The position numbers and the translations under genes were made by a program. DNA of 64,000 nucleotides, taken from the NCBI RefSeq assembly GCF_041956535.1, contig NW_027192198.1:1-64000 (forward strand), written 5' to 3'. Shown one piece after another: positions 24,931 to 37,882 of this stretch (positions are counted from its first letter, which is position 1; each line of letters begins with the position of its first letter). The stretch comes from Calcarisporiella thermophila CBS 279.70 (taxonomy: Eukaryota > Fungi > Calcarisporiellomycota). A model generated the notes under the pieces. The model did not search any database and was not told the origin of the DNA. It was given only the letters and a program-made list of their open reading frames with translations.

Positions 24931-27318
24931 CTAAGCTATCAGTGGCTTATTGGCCAAGGGACAATACGCACTATCGTCCTGATTTCCCCACCAGTCTACG
25001 GTAATTGAATCCTTAAACTGAAATGCGAAGAAAATAAAAGGAAGACAAAGGCCAACACCGGCATCCAAACCAGCAGACAACAAGTAGTTGAAGTTTGACC
25101 ACCAGTTGCGCCGGTAACGTTTGACGAGAAATTGGAAGATGAAGCCAACGAGGAACCAGGATGGATAAGAGACGGGGGGTGTTTGCGCGATAAAGCCGAG
25201 GGCGGCCAGCATAGCGGGGATATTGACGAAGCGCAGCCAAGAATTGGGATACTTCTTTCCGAGGTAGTAAAATGGGATGGGTAGCACCACACCGAGAAGG
25301 AATCCATACAGCAGAGGTCCATAAGGTGTGGTGGGGCCAAACAGTACTTTCGGGCCAACCAAGCCCCAAAGAACAGAGGCGCTATAGAATACGCGCGCAT
25401 ATCCGGCACACGACCACATGCCGGCATCTTCTTGACAAATGTTAGGGATGGAGCCCATCATGAAGTACGCAGTACTAAGATTGACCAAGCCGCCGACGAG
25501 GGTGGAGACGATCTGGGCCCAGAACATAGCACGAGGCGGGATCTTCATGTAATGTCCCAGCTTTAGGTCTGAAGTGAAGCCGAGCGCTTGGTATACGCTG
25601 ATATATCCGTATGTTTTGAAAGTTTGGTTTGCAATAGGCTCGCCAGGATGCAGAAGACCAATGACGAATTCGGTGAAGATGTTGAGACCGACTTGGTAAG
25701 TTGTGACGGCTTGAACGATACCAACAGGCAGCATGAAGAAGGCGCACATTGCGATGGCAAGTATCACACCCCACCATGGCAGATTGATTCCGAAGACCAC
25801 GCACACTACAAAAGCGAGAATAAGATTGATGACGAACACAATCAGATACCAGAAGTGCGGGACTTCGGCATAGCGGCGCATGAGCTTGCCATGGATGTCA
25901 TCATCTTCTCTGCGGGCTTTGCGGAATTGGCGCACTATATCATGGCGATAGTGGAGGAAGACATGGGTCAGGACAGAGGTCAGATTGGCAAACCCCAGGG
26001 CGTAGTTGAAAGCAAACATGATGGACATGCGTGGCGCGCCGTATTCATCGAGTAGCTTGGGGTCGAATTTGTTATCGGGAGCGACCTTTGTAATATCATA
26101 CTTTTTAGAAGCGTCCTTGGAGTTGAAAAGACTAACAGAATATATAGGGTATTTCATGGCTTCCAGGATGTTAGTGTAGTAGCCAGCGGGGAGGGCAATC
26201 CATGCAAAGATGATGAATCCGATGATGACATTGACTTGGACGTAGAACGGTACCATAAGTGGCGAAAGCAGAGTGGAAGTAATGGTGTTCCAGTCGAGAG
26301 AGAAAGCGCCGAGACTGAGGCCGTAGAAGCCGGAACCCAACTGATTTGCAATATGTGAGTTTGGTGCGGCCAGACAGATCCACGAAATGGAAGTAAGGAA
26401 ATTGAAAAGAAATCCTGGAAAGAGATAGTATATAAAGCTACCCAAGGCGGCAAACAGAAAAAATTTTAGACGGTGCGTGTTTTTCTTATTAATGGAGGGA
26501 GCGGCAGAGGCGCGGGGGGAGGAGGTTCGGTCGGACTGTGTATAATCGACCTTCTTTTCGTCGTCGATAGATACGTCCTCGTCCACCATATCCTCTTTGG
26601 TATCATTCTCATGGAAGGAGCGGAACAACGCAATGTTGGGGAAGTTGTTGGGCCAAATCATAGCAGAGGGCCATACTAAGAATTCTCGGAGCATTCCGGC
26701 CATGCCGTATCCAAGACATTGAGTAGTTGTGACGAGCAGGAAGCTTGGGAAGAAACCCATATCGCTTTTATAAAAGAGTTTCTTGATGACGACGATGTCG
26801 ACAGCATAAGCGGTGGTCAGGGTGACATTGGCCATGGAGACGATCAACACGTGCTCTTTGATGTTGAACGGGCCGGGGTTGAGGGTAAAGGTGGAGTTGG
26901 AGAATGGGATGTGGAAGTGCCGCGTGGGAAGTACCCACGCGAAAAACCGGCCGATCGGATAGCTCAGCAATTGCACGACCATAGGCGTCACCATGAAGGG
27001 CGGGTAGTGGAACTGAAACATTTGGTTGATGAATGCAAAGACTATCACGAAGAATAGGCCAATGAACCACATTCGGAACGTCATGCATGGCATATTGGGA
27101 TCGTCGCGGTTGCTGATTGTATCCCGGACCTCTTTGATGGGGCTGTTCTCGTTTGGATCGGTGATACCAATTTCTGCGTCAGAGAGAGTGTGTAGCGGCT
27201 TGCCGTACGGGTTGTTGTAGCGGAAGAAGGAGAGCCATGATTTTTGTGGTGTAGAGACTTGAGAGGAGGTTTGCTTTTCGGCCGGGATGGCCGGTAGACT
27301 GTCTTGACCTTTCTCCAT
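24931..27318 (-). CDS. OPT-family oligopeptide transporter (Isp4/Opt1-like), intronless
   Basis: 795-aa ORF; SPIKEVRDTISNRDDP, NPGPFNIKEH, DDIHGKLMRRYAEVP, DLKLGHYMKIPPR. Confidence 0.96.
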   Translation of the reverse strand: MEKGQDSLPAIPAEKQTSSQVSTPQKSWLSFFRYNNPYGKPLHTLSDAEIGITDPNENSPIKEVRDTISNRDDPNMPCMTFRMWFIGLFFVIVFAFINQMFQFHYPPFMVTPMVVQLLSYPIGRFFAWVLPTRHFHIPFSNSTFTLNPGPFNIKEHVLIVSMANVTLTTAYAVDIVVIKKLFYKSDMGFFPSFLLVTTTQCLGYGMAGMLREFLVWPSAMIWPNNFPNIALFRSFHENDTKEDMVDEDVSIDDEKKVDYTQSDRTSSPRASAAPSINKKNTHRLKFFLFAALGSFIYYLFPGFLFNFLTSISWICLAAPNSHIANQLGSGFYGLSLGAFSLDWNTITSTLLSPLMVPFYVQVNVIIGFIIFAWIALPAGYYTNILEAMKYPIYSVSLFNSKDASKKYDITKVAPDNKFDPKLLDEYGAPRMSIMFAFNYALGFANLTSVLTHVFLHYRHDIVRQFRKARREDDDIHGKLMRRYAEVPHFWYLIVFVINLILAFVVCVVFGINLPWWGVILAIAMCAFFMLPVGIVQAVTTYQVGLNIFTEFVIGLLHPGEPIANQTFKTYGYISVYQALGFTSDLKLGHYMKIPPRAMFWAQIVSTLVGGLVNLSTAYFMMGSIPNICQEDAGMWSCAGYARVFYSASVLWGLVGPKVLFGPTTPYGPLLYGFLLGVVLPIPFYYLGKKYPNSWLRFVNIPAMLAALGFIAQTPPVSYPSWFLVGFIFQFLVKRYRRNWWSNFNYLLSAGLDAGVGLCLPFIFFAFQFKDSITVDWWGNQDDSAYCPLANKPLIA

Positions 27319-27914
27319 CTTAATCTTGGTTCAATAATTGAGCAAAAGGAGAGAGTAAAAGATAAGAGTTGGGATTTCTTGAAATGCAAGAGAAAAAAAG
27401 AGGAATACATAAAGCCATGAGGTCGAAGGCCTCGGTTTTTATTTTCGGAATGGTCTATAGACTTAATTTATACACTGAGGGAACGCATGACCCAAAGTTG
27501 CACAGCAAGGGGACACAGACAAGACAAAGCTACGGCAAGACTGAGCGTATAAGAATAAGAGCAAGCTAGGACAATTTAGGAACATAGCAAAGAGAACGGA
27601 GTATCATGCTAATTTCTATATCTAACATCATAGTAATTAATGATTATCTTGCCATACCCTCACTATAGCTCTGGTTATCACTCGGACTCTTTCTTATAAT
27701 TAATTGTTATACATATGAAACTAATAGTAGAACTTTGGATGAAGTACGAGTATTTTTCCAAACTTTGATTTTATAGTAAAAAAACTTTTTTCTATACGAT
27801 TCAATACAGTTTTTATTCCAATCTTGAAGCTTTGATCAAAGCTAATCGAAAAGGGAAAAAATTTAGGCGATAGGTCTTGGCTGTGGAACGAACACTAAAG
27901 GGAAAATGTATTAA

Positions 27915-28899
27915 AAATAAACCCGGAATTTGCGTTATCTAGATGGTAAAAGAAAAAAATTTTCAACTCACTAATCGCTGATACTCTGATAATCCACTTC
28001 TTTTCAGCTACCAGAATAGTAGGAGAAACGCAAAGCGACACCTCAATCTTAAAAGGTCAGTCGGGCGTCTTCTTGTTTGAGAGATAAGAGCTAGATAGTT
28101 ACACTAATGACTTCTTGAAAGTGCAAAAATCCATCCAACGTGTGAGAATATTTCAATGGAGAATACAATAGAGATATAACAGCTAATACCACGAGGAGAA
28201 TAGTCTAGAGAGAAGAGACACTGATTCGAGTGCCTTCAAAGAATTCTCTCCTTTCAACTTCGCATCGCAAACGAAATTGGAGCTCACGAAAAAGTGTTTG
28301 AATTGGATTGCGAAAGATTGGGAGCCGGCCTTGTTTTCCGATGAGACTAGTTTAGTGTTCATTTATGTGAAAAAAATAGCAACATTGCAAGCCAGGGAAG
28401 AACATTTTCGTAATAGATATATTCGACCTACACTGTAACAGCGGGAAAAGGCATCGACGACGTGTGGATACATTATCGACTATACCGTTGAACATTTGTA
28501 TAGTGCCAATGAACTTATTAATGGTTCACGCTATGAAACAGTTCTTGATGAAAATTATCTAGTGTCTTCGTATTATTATAGGATCGAAGAGTACCATGTT
28601 GTATTTCTGTTCGACATCTCAATCTCAATCTTACTCTTAATTTCACAAAATGAATAAATGTACTAGAGTGGAGTGAACCCTAGAGTTTCCACGTTTGAAC
28701 ATCTTAGTGCATGTCTAAATTGACTTGAAATGTTGATAGCTCAATTCTTATTCAAGAATGACAAAGAATAAGAACAAATTTTAGTGGCAAGTGGAGAAAA
28801 CATAGAACAAAACAGGACTGGAATATATGGGATACTATATAAATGTTCTGGTATTGTTACATGCTCTGATTTCAGCTAAGGGAAAGTATATATTACTAG
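27915..28899 (+). mobile_element. Tc1/mariner transposase pseudogene 3, highly decayed
   Basis: WIAKDWEPALFSDETS at ~28304-28351; AKGKYIIT-like end at ~28876-28899; possible TIR remnant at 29259-29283. Confidence 0.75.
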
Positions 28900-29003
28900 G
28901 GTCAGCCTATCCTTTACTGTTATCTTTTATAATTATTTATACACTCGCCTCGGCAATTGTATAAGAAAATAATAGACTGCTGACTTTGCCTTGTCCATTT
29001 TCC

Positions 29004-29040
29004 TTAAGCCGTCGCACACGCTAGGCTCAAGTAAGAATTA
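29004..29040 (+). repeat. 37-bp direct repeat copy 2 (Harbinger-like terminus)
   Basis: TTAAGCCGTCGCacACGCTAGgctcaaGTAAGAATTA. Confidence 0.75.
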
Positions 29041-29529
29041 TTTTTCACTTTTTATCCTTTCATATCATCATATCAACCTATAACAAGTTGCGCTACAGAC
29101 AGCAAACATAACTGCTTATGCTCCATTTGTTTTCCTCCATGGACTTGTAAAAAACCTTTTATATCATGAGTTATACGTTAAAGATGAAATTTCAGACATC
29201 GAAATTTCGCTTTGATACCCAGTGTAATATAAAAGTAAAAAAAAATTTTCACAATCTTTTTTAACCACTTTTGCTTTCATTATATCATCTATATTCTCTG
29301 ATATCGTCTCTCATATCCACTTGGAGTACTTATTCAATTTTACAATATTCACTCTACACTGGATCACAAAATACCTGGGTATTGATGGATTTTATAATCG
29401 ATTTTTTCATTTATCTATATATATTTTCCTATATAATCTCTTGGGAATATAATCTATAATATAATATAATATAATATAATCTATAGTCAAACGAGAGTTT
29501 AAGAATATAATCCAGTATCTCTATGGCTT

Positions 29530-30288
29530 AAATAACATTTGGCCTTTTCAGCGCACTGCTATCTTGGTATCATCAACCTGTGTGAATAAAACCTTATTTT
29601 TTCTAGACTTTCTCATCTGAGTGCTTATCGTATTTCTACCTAGTATATTCAGGTGGTCATTTACATTGTACTTCCAAGCATTCTGAAAGTTAAAATAAGT
29701 TTCCTGATGAGTGAGAGGTACTGCTTACTTACCCCTTTCTCACGTATCAAACTTTTTCTTCATTTAACGGATTCATATTGGATTACCTGGAGAATTGCAG
29801 TTGTATAATATTCTACATAAGCCAAAGGTTATTATATATGCACGTCTGACCACATGATTCAGTTAAAATCCTTCAAGGTCCTATTACAATATTTACGGGC
29901 AAAGACAATGGTGGGATAATAAGTCTAGTTTATAATGGAAAACTTTTACTACACAATCTTGGATTCACTTAGTTTATATTCAGTGTATGGCTCATCTCTA
30001 TCGGGGATATATTGAGATTGTAATTCTTCTAGAGTTTTTAGTTGGCATCCAAAAAAAAAAAAATATTATTCTGGCCAGCATTGAAGTTTCGAACTAGGAT
30101 CTTTTCCTGTCTCTTTGAAAGAATAAGTGATCTTTAGATGGCTCGATTGCATGAGATGCATACAAGCTTTGATATTTATCCACACAACCTCAGCTTATCC
30201 CAAGTGTACGCGAGATCTTTCTGGTGGTTAAGCCTTCATTACTTAAGGAGGCGACTCTAGTTGTGCCACTTCTAGGGAGTTTCTTCAT
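29530..30288 (-). mobile_element. Tc1/mariner transposase pseudogene 4, highly decayed
   Basis: MKKLPRSGTTRVASLSNEGLTTRKISRTLGIS HTH start at 30288; IMWSD at ~29845-29859. Confidence 0.65.
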
Positions 30289-30813
30289 TGAGCATGGCAA
30301 CAAAGTATTGGCAGTAAGGAGAGCAATAGAAAGAGAAGCAATCAGTTTTATTATTGTTTGGATATAATTATGGTTTCTTTCACGAAAAATTCAAAAAATA
30401 TTTGATTCTACGAGCGAGCGTGAAAATTGTTCATTTAGGTAATAATTTTAGGCGCTCATAACTTTTAAGAATGACATATTGGCGATTGCATTTAGTACAA
30501 CAGATGAAGTAGGAGTAATGTGGTAAATACTACGTGACACCCTCTATTACGCTTCTATTTGAGGAATGGATAGCAATCCAAAGTTAAAATATAGAAGCTT
30601 TTATACAAATTCCAAGGCCAGTTTATGATCCTTGTTGGATTTTAATAAGAGTATATTGATAAAAGGAAAGTAAACAGACAAAAGGGATAACACAAATAAC
30701 ACACACTAGAGAATTAAAAAGAGAGAAAGCACATACTATATATATATCTGATGGGATAGGGTAGGAGATAAAAAGAAATAAAGATGGTGAGACGCATGCT
30801 CGTACATGTAACC

Positions 30814-31505
30814 CTAATACTTGGTATACCCTCCCTTGGCTGTAACTACAGCACGTATTCTCTCTGGTATGCTTGCATAGATCTTGTTGATATATTCGGG
30901 CTCTATCCCCTCTCAATTCTTTTTCGTTCTCCCCCATAATTCATCATTATCTTTTGGCATTCTCGAATAAGAGCCGAGCTTTCGCTCCAACGCGCTCCGG
31001 ACATGCTGTATGGTGATCAAATCGGGAGACTGCGGAGCCCTCTCTAGCACGTTTATCTTACAGTTCTTTAATCACTCTTTCGTGATATTGGCAGTGTGCT
31101 TAAGGTTATTGTCTTGCTGAAATATAGCTTTCGACTTATTGATACCATAATACTTCAATTACCTCTGATAATCTTCAAAAAGAATGGTAAAATAGAGTGC
31201 AACCCTCCGTCGATACGATTCAGATTTCCAATCCCACGATCTGTAACACAACCTCTCACCACCAATAAATTTCCTGTCTGTTTCACTGTGGGACGAATAT
31301 GCATACTACGAAGCATTTCACCCTTTCGCTTGTGTTAGTATTGCTTTCCTGACCCATTATTAAACATTAATTAGCCCTGCTGGAAAACACTACCCGCTTC
31401 CGGTCCTCCACACTCCAATTTAAATACTTTCTTTAGAACTCCAAGCGCCTTCTACAGTGCACAGCTGAGAGATAAGGCTTCTCTAGGCGCACTTGAGTCA
31501 GTACA
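30814..31505 (-). mobile_element. Tc1/mariner transposase pseudogene 5 (close relative of copy 1, 5' truncated)
   Basis: Collinear nucleotide similarity to 11650-12275; QSPDLITI; ends TAKGGYTKY*. Confidence 0.88.
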
Positions 31506-31942
31506 TTTAGTCAGTGTTATATTAATATCGAGAAAAATAGGTGAAAAGTTTGTAAAAATTTAGGGCATCGCGAACCCCCTCCATCTTTTCTACGTGCTCC
31601 TATACGTTTTCTAGCAGTTTTCACCAGGCGGGTTTTTTGTAGGGAATGTTCCACAATCTGATAAAGTAATGAATATTAAATAAGAGGAAATGAGAGATTT
31701 TAAGCAAGCTGTAGCATCGCCTCTATTGCCTGTGACCATTAAATCCATTCGGTGTAGTTTGGCGAATCGTCTAAGTTATTAAGCAAAATCTTTTGTCAAA
31801 TTGAGTATTTGTTCACGGCCACATCCTCAACTCCTCGCTACATTAAATCAAAATAAAATTAAATGCTGAAAGTGGATATTAAAAGTTTGACTAGAAGAAT
31901 GAAAAAAACTAGATACAGGTGTTTCGAATAAATCAGAGCAAT

Positions 31943-34326
31943 CTATAGTCCTAAATATCTTCGATCATAATCTCTATACCGTTCACATACTGAATTATAA
32001 TCAAGAAGAGGAACAGTAGAGATTTCTCGTTTTCTTCTTAATGAGCGTAAAAACTCCATATGGTCATTAGAGTTACCACGCACTTGTTTAGTACAATTGG
32101 ATCCCGCTTTTGTATGTGATGTGCTCCCCGTATCTTCGGCTAAATTAGAATGTGTAAATGTGGGAAATATGGGGCCAAGGGTATCATCTGGCTTACCTGT
32201 TGCCTTCCTCAGATCCTCAAGAGCATGCTCTATATGAACCATTAAGATGGTTCTGAAGCTATATTGCCCTTTCCCCTGCGGCTTCGGGTTTTCACTTTTC
32301 AATGCATTGAACTCGGTATAAGCTTCACCCAGTTCACCTAGGTACATTTGCACACGAGCTCGTTCGAAACGCGAGAAGTAAAAAATGTAATGATCAAGCG
32401 CGATTTTGGAACTGTGTTGTATTACGATGTCAAAGCACGCCAGAGCAAGTTGGACATATTCATCACACGGATACGAGTTTGAGCCATTTTCATAAAAGGC
32501 GAGTTTAGAAGCGATGATCCCCTTAAGCATGTAACCGAGACAGTAGTCATCCCAATAATTAGCATATTCTTTTTTGTTAGCAGGAGACCCTGAATTGGGT
32601 GTTGAAAGCATATTTTTATGCATTAGGCGAGATAAGGTCGAAGATTGTGCACGTGATCGATGTTTTTTGCCCAAACAAGGTTCAATGACGTTTACAGAGA
32701 CAATATTTTCCACAAGTGGCTCGAGATTCGCCAGCTCCGCTGCCACGAAAGCCAGGCTATCCTTCAATTGCGAGACATTCATGAAATTAAAACAGTTCCA
32801 TATGTACATGAGCTCAAATAAAGGTAAGAACAGCCGGTGTCCTTGCGCAAAGAATTTGCGGGCCTTTCTTGCTACGAATTTCTAAGTTGGAGAAAAATTA
32901 AAATTGCGGTTTTTTCAATGAACCAATACATTTTGATGACAGTCAAATTACCTCTATCGGCAAACAAACTCTACCGTAGGGGCATACTAGATGGTTTACA
33001 TCTGACATCACGTCAATTGCCTCTTGCAAACTCTCTTCTGTGCTTAAAGTGTAAGAAGCCGCGGCTTTATGGTAACAATAGGTTGCCTTGGACCACATAC
33101 TTTCCGCTGCAAGAATATTAATCGTGTCTAATGCCTTTTTCCAGTCAAAGACGATGCAGTAGCACTGGAATAGGTACCAGCAAGAGCAATGAAGCACTTG
33201 CCTACACTCTTGTCTCGTTCCAATGGTAAATTCAAATATTCGAATGGCCGCATCTACATCGTGGGAAAGCATGTGGACTACCCCAAATATATCAAGAAAC
33301 ATAATGCTGTGCTCATACCGTGCCACTAGAGAATTAACAATCTTGACAGCGGTGGATAAATCATAGCTAGGATTAGGAACAAAGCTATTAACTACGACGT
33401 GAAAAATACAAGTGGTAGCATCACAGACGACACTACGTAATCCGCTGCAGCCACGTCCTGCTGCACGCTCGAAATGACTGAGCTTTGTACCCTGTTTCCA
33501 CCCACCCGGAGCTTTAAGAAGCTCGAGTCCGTATTCGCGATCGCTTTTGAAGCCAGCAACTCGAAGAAGGGGGGCGTATTTTGGGTGGAGAATTTTAGCA
33601 TAGCTGACACAGATCATCATCAACGCAGGATCATAGGCGATACCCGAGTAGAAATCTTTATCGATATTGATGCAAGTGATATCGATTCCCTTTTCATGCT
33701 CTTCCTCGATATTCACAGTGAAATTTTCTATCGCGCTGCAGATAACCTGACACCGTTTGGTATGCAGCGCAGCCTTGAATAAGGATCCATCGCTACCTTG
33801 TATGAACATTACCAAAGATAGCAAATAACTAGCCTCAGCAACTACAAGCTCCTGGTGGAAGTATCGATAACCGAATGAGAAAAGATAAAAATGTACTGTG
33901 TTTAGTTTTCAGAAAGAGAGAAGAACAAGATGGACTAACCGCATGCATTTGGCGAGATGTCATTTTTTTGAACACCCTTATCGAGGGTCCGCCTAGTAGA
34001 ATATCGCCGAGAAGTGTCCTACTGAATCTTCGGAATCGAGTGGCTAATTTAATTGTGCGTTGCAAGGCCTTAGCGGCTATATCAATATCGTCTGGTTTGA
34101 AAGTCAATAAGGCACGAAATGTGAGAATGGTGCTATAACCGTGAGTGGAGTAGAGAGATTTGTTGTGGCCCTTTAACAAAAGAGCTTCAGCATCGCTCAT
34201 GCGAGTGTTGCATAATAAATCTATTGCACGTTGAGTTTGAGCAATGTCCGTTTTTAAATCATCTTGTTGCGTCCTTCGCTGATGGCGGAGGAGCAACTTC
34301 TGTACAAAAGGCATAAAGTCACACAT
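31943..34326 (-). CDS. IML2: IML2/TTC39 (DUF3808) TPR-like protein, 3 exons
   Basis: ORFs 33835..34464, 32943..33824, 31943..32809 splice in frame; SLYSTHGYSTI, GFKSDREYGL, WSKATYCY, PIE|KFVARKARKF, ELMYIWN. Confidence 0.82.
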
Positions 34327-35228
34327 TAAACAATTCTCGACTGTTTTTTGGAGCCAATGTACAACGGTAATGATATTAGGTCGAAATAGATCAGGGTGAC
34401 AAAGAGCCCGATTAAATAAGACATCAGATTGTGTAAGTGTGAATAGCCTATTAACATGATTCAATTGAAAATGAAGTTCATCCCCTGCTCTGAAGAGCTT
34501 TGACCAAGAGGCGTCGACATATACATAAGTTACGCCAAAAAGTAAGAGACTTTCCTTAGCAGTTGAGTTGAAATGAAGTCAAGCTGTACGTCTCCCACCT
34601 TCCTTTTTGTAATAATTTGCATGGCCAATCCGCATGCTAAATGCTGGCAATTAAAACCTGACATGTATGGGTCCTTAGCCACCAGAATAGGCCACTGTTA
34701 ATGGATGATACTGACACCTGTTGTTATTTGAGCTCTGAGTTTAAACCATCAATTGCTGTGCCATTTCTATCCTGGCTATTTCTCAAACCAGGCTGGAATC
34801 ATTTCGACCTTCACATGCAATCTGGCCGTATACTATATATATTCTTATTCGTACCGCATTTCAGCGCATTCAAACTGGATTGATTATACGTATAACCTAA
34901 TACTCTTTGTAAATTTTCTATAGTTTTTTCATAATTTCTAAGCTTTTTACCCGTAAAATAAATTTACGGGAAAACCACTGGAATTTATAGGGAAACTGAC
35001 GCATTCACCTAGGTTTCCACATTATTCTCCCATATTTTTTCTAATTTTTCTTTAGTATCTTTTTATAGGTATAGTGAAGTCGATTACAAAGGTAGATTGC
35101 TACGTCTAAATCTGTAAATCGACACAATAAAATTTAGGACGTTTAGATATAAAACCAATAAGTTTTCTCGAATCTACTCTGGATTTTTATTATTATAGCC
35201 AAACTTCAACCATCATAAATTTAGATAT

Positions 35229-35549
35229 CTAGCACTGCCAACCATCGGTCCTACAGTTGATACATATGCTATTTGCTTGTGCTCTGTAATCATAGCAGCA
35301 TTCGTTCCTTTTTGCCATGTACAACACCGTGCCTTGACAACCACTACCGTTGTATATTTTAACATGCTGCCCGCCATAGTTAGTAGTGTAACTATGCATC
35401 AGTGGACAGGATTGTATATTGTTATACCCGCACGCAGATGTTGTCCAAACAGTTTTTGCCCCACAGTCGGCCAGTTTCTGCCCATCTACAGAAGTTGCGC
35501 TGACACCAGCAACTGTAAGAACTAATAATATCATGAACTTTTTATACAT
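35229..35549 (-). CDS. Small secreted Cys-rich protein (106 aa), MiAMP1/beta-barrelin-like
   Basis: Signal peptide; C...CG..I...Y...YGGQ...YNGSGCQG...SICINC; 9 Cys. Confidence 0.75.
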   Translation of the reverse strand: MYKKFMILLVLTVAGVSATSVDGQKLADCGAKTVWTTSACGYNNIQSCPLMHSYTTNYGGQHVKIYNGSGCQGTVLYMAKRNECCYDYRAQANSICINCRTDGWQC

Positions 35550-35699
35550 TTGGTTACAAGAAGTAATACTGAAATGGAGCTCTAACTGAGATAGGAATTG
35601 CCAGCTCAGAAGATTAAATCATAATAGGAAATTTTTTGAGCTTTTAAATATATCTACTATTTAAAGAAAATGAGGATTGTTATATAGCTAGATGATGTA

Positions 35700-35843
35700 C
35701 AGCCGACCGCAAAAACATAGTCACAGATGGATATATTTTGTTAAAATCCAAATATTTCAGTAGCTCCTTTCAAGGGAACACTGAAAATATTTTGAGAAAA
35801 ATCTACAGCTTCCACACTATTTTCAGAGGTATATGCCACCCTG
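35700..35843 (+). mobile_element. 144-bp Tc1-type terminal sequence, left end, preceded by TA
   Basis: TA|CAGCCGACCGCAAAAACATAGTCACA...; reverse complement of 12798..12941. Confidence 0.85.
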
Positions 35844-37882
35844 ACTTCAGAATATCTTATTTTATACCATTGCTTTGTCATATCAATATTGTTAGGTATA
35901 TAAGAGTATTAAATAAACACATCATTTAGTTATGAAATAAAAAATATTAAGACAATTTGTCGTCATTCTATACATTATTCAGAAGAATTAAAGTCGAATG
36001 ATAAGCCGGCCACAGCCTATTTTGTCCAATTTATGATAAAATAGACTATAGCTAAGACTTAATCTCTGTTTGTTGATATTGTTCTAATTGACATTTAGGT
36101 ACATATTTTGGCATCTTTACTCTTATATTTATGATGCATTCAGGATTAATGAGCACTTTTGTAAATTAAATAATATTTTCTTTTCGCTTTGTTGGATTTG
36201 GCTGGCGTTTTCGTCTGTTTAACCATGTTCTCACTAAAACGAGCAACAATAGCCATATTCCAAAAAAAAAACTCCATCATAACTCTATTAATTCCAGGAG
36301 AGGGCATGTCTAAGCTGGGTGTTCCTGAAAGCAAGGAGAGCAAATAATAGGAAGGTTTCCACCTGTCTTAATGACTGAAATTAGCCCTTTCTAAGTAGCA
36401 ATATAAGTTCTATGAAGAATTACTTAAATGTGGAGCTTAACAATGTTCACCTTAAATAGATCCGACAAATTGAGGGATAGCTATTTCAAGCAACTCGTAT
36501 CCGGCTGGAACACCAGCCTCAGTAAGGTCGCATGACAGTTTTGTAACATTTCGAAGTCCTTCGTTGATTTGAAAACTTTAAATTGCAAATATAATTCTTT
36601 GCTTTTTTCAGTATATCTAAGATTTGTGTATTACCTTCCAACGACGCAGGGATCATTAAAAATATCTTTCCATCCCACAGTTGTACGCAGTTGTTCAAAG
36701 TAGGTGCACAGGTAAAATACCAGCTATTTTTATAATCTTTCGCTTTATATTATTTGCTTTTATGTCTATAGGACTTACTGCCTTAGCATACCATATACTT
36801 AAGTTGCTTCTAATTTATGAGTGAAACATTATCCTGCGACCACAAATAGTCGATCGTCCTCTCTGCAGGAGACCTAAACCCCTTCTTTGCGGGCATTAAT
36901 CTCTTTTTTGGATAACTGTTGTCTAAAAATAACTTAATATGCTTTAGAGTACAATATTACGAATTACCAACGGGCATTCTCCCTGTGAGATTCGGAGGAG
37001 AGGAAGGGGGAAACCAGAAGGTCAGAACCAAAGATGCGCACGCTTAACATACTTGAATATTTGTAGGTATATTTTCTTCCATTCCTGTAATACACCCCTG
37101 TCTCTAATGAAAGTGAATGCTTATTTTAATTAACTAAAATCTCGCTAAACATCAGTGTTTAGTTTATAAAACCCAAAATGGAATCGTTTAAATATTAAAT
37201 TAAGTTGGTCAAGTGTTATTTTTCTTATTAGGACTCGTTTATTATTAACACAAGAATGAAATAATCATAGGATGGCGATTAGTCATCAAAAGTGACCATC
37301 ACACTATAATGTATATTCACAAATTATGCTGAGATTGACACAATCTACAGATATTTTCACTCAATGCAGTACATGAAATAAATATTGTTCATTCGCATTA
37401 ATGCTATTTATTATTAATAAAAGAGATATCCAGCCTTTTTCACTTATTTATGTTTTTATTTTTATAGGTTAGAGTATTAAATAGCCAGCTCGATCAAACG
37501 GAATTAACTTGAATAAAAGCTACATAATATTTTACTACTGATAGTGAAATGTTATATAATCAGTGAAGCATTTGGGTTCGACTCGGAAAAATATCCTCTT
37601 ATGTATGTATTGTATGTTTATATAACTATTTTAGCTAGAGTGTAAACTAGGTTTTAATGATAGGTATTCGCATAGTTTTCATACGAAACCTCTAATTACT
37701 AAATACTAGCAACCGTAATTTAGATGAGGTTAAACAAAATTTCTGTCGCTATGGTGACCTTACATCAGCATCTCAGTTTTTTTTAATATAAAAATCGTAA
37801 CGAAAATCATTAAAAAATAAAAGACAAAATTGCTAGCCAAGTATAACTGTCTTGCAATTCCTTGAATTTGAAAATCCCTGTT

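Noticed and set aside
29455-29482. (ATAAT)n run
   Set aside because: Ordinary microsatellite in AT-rich DNA.
37560-37595. GGTTCGACTC B-box suggesting a tRNA or SINE
   Set aside because: No A-box or cloverleaf can be built.
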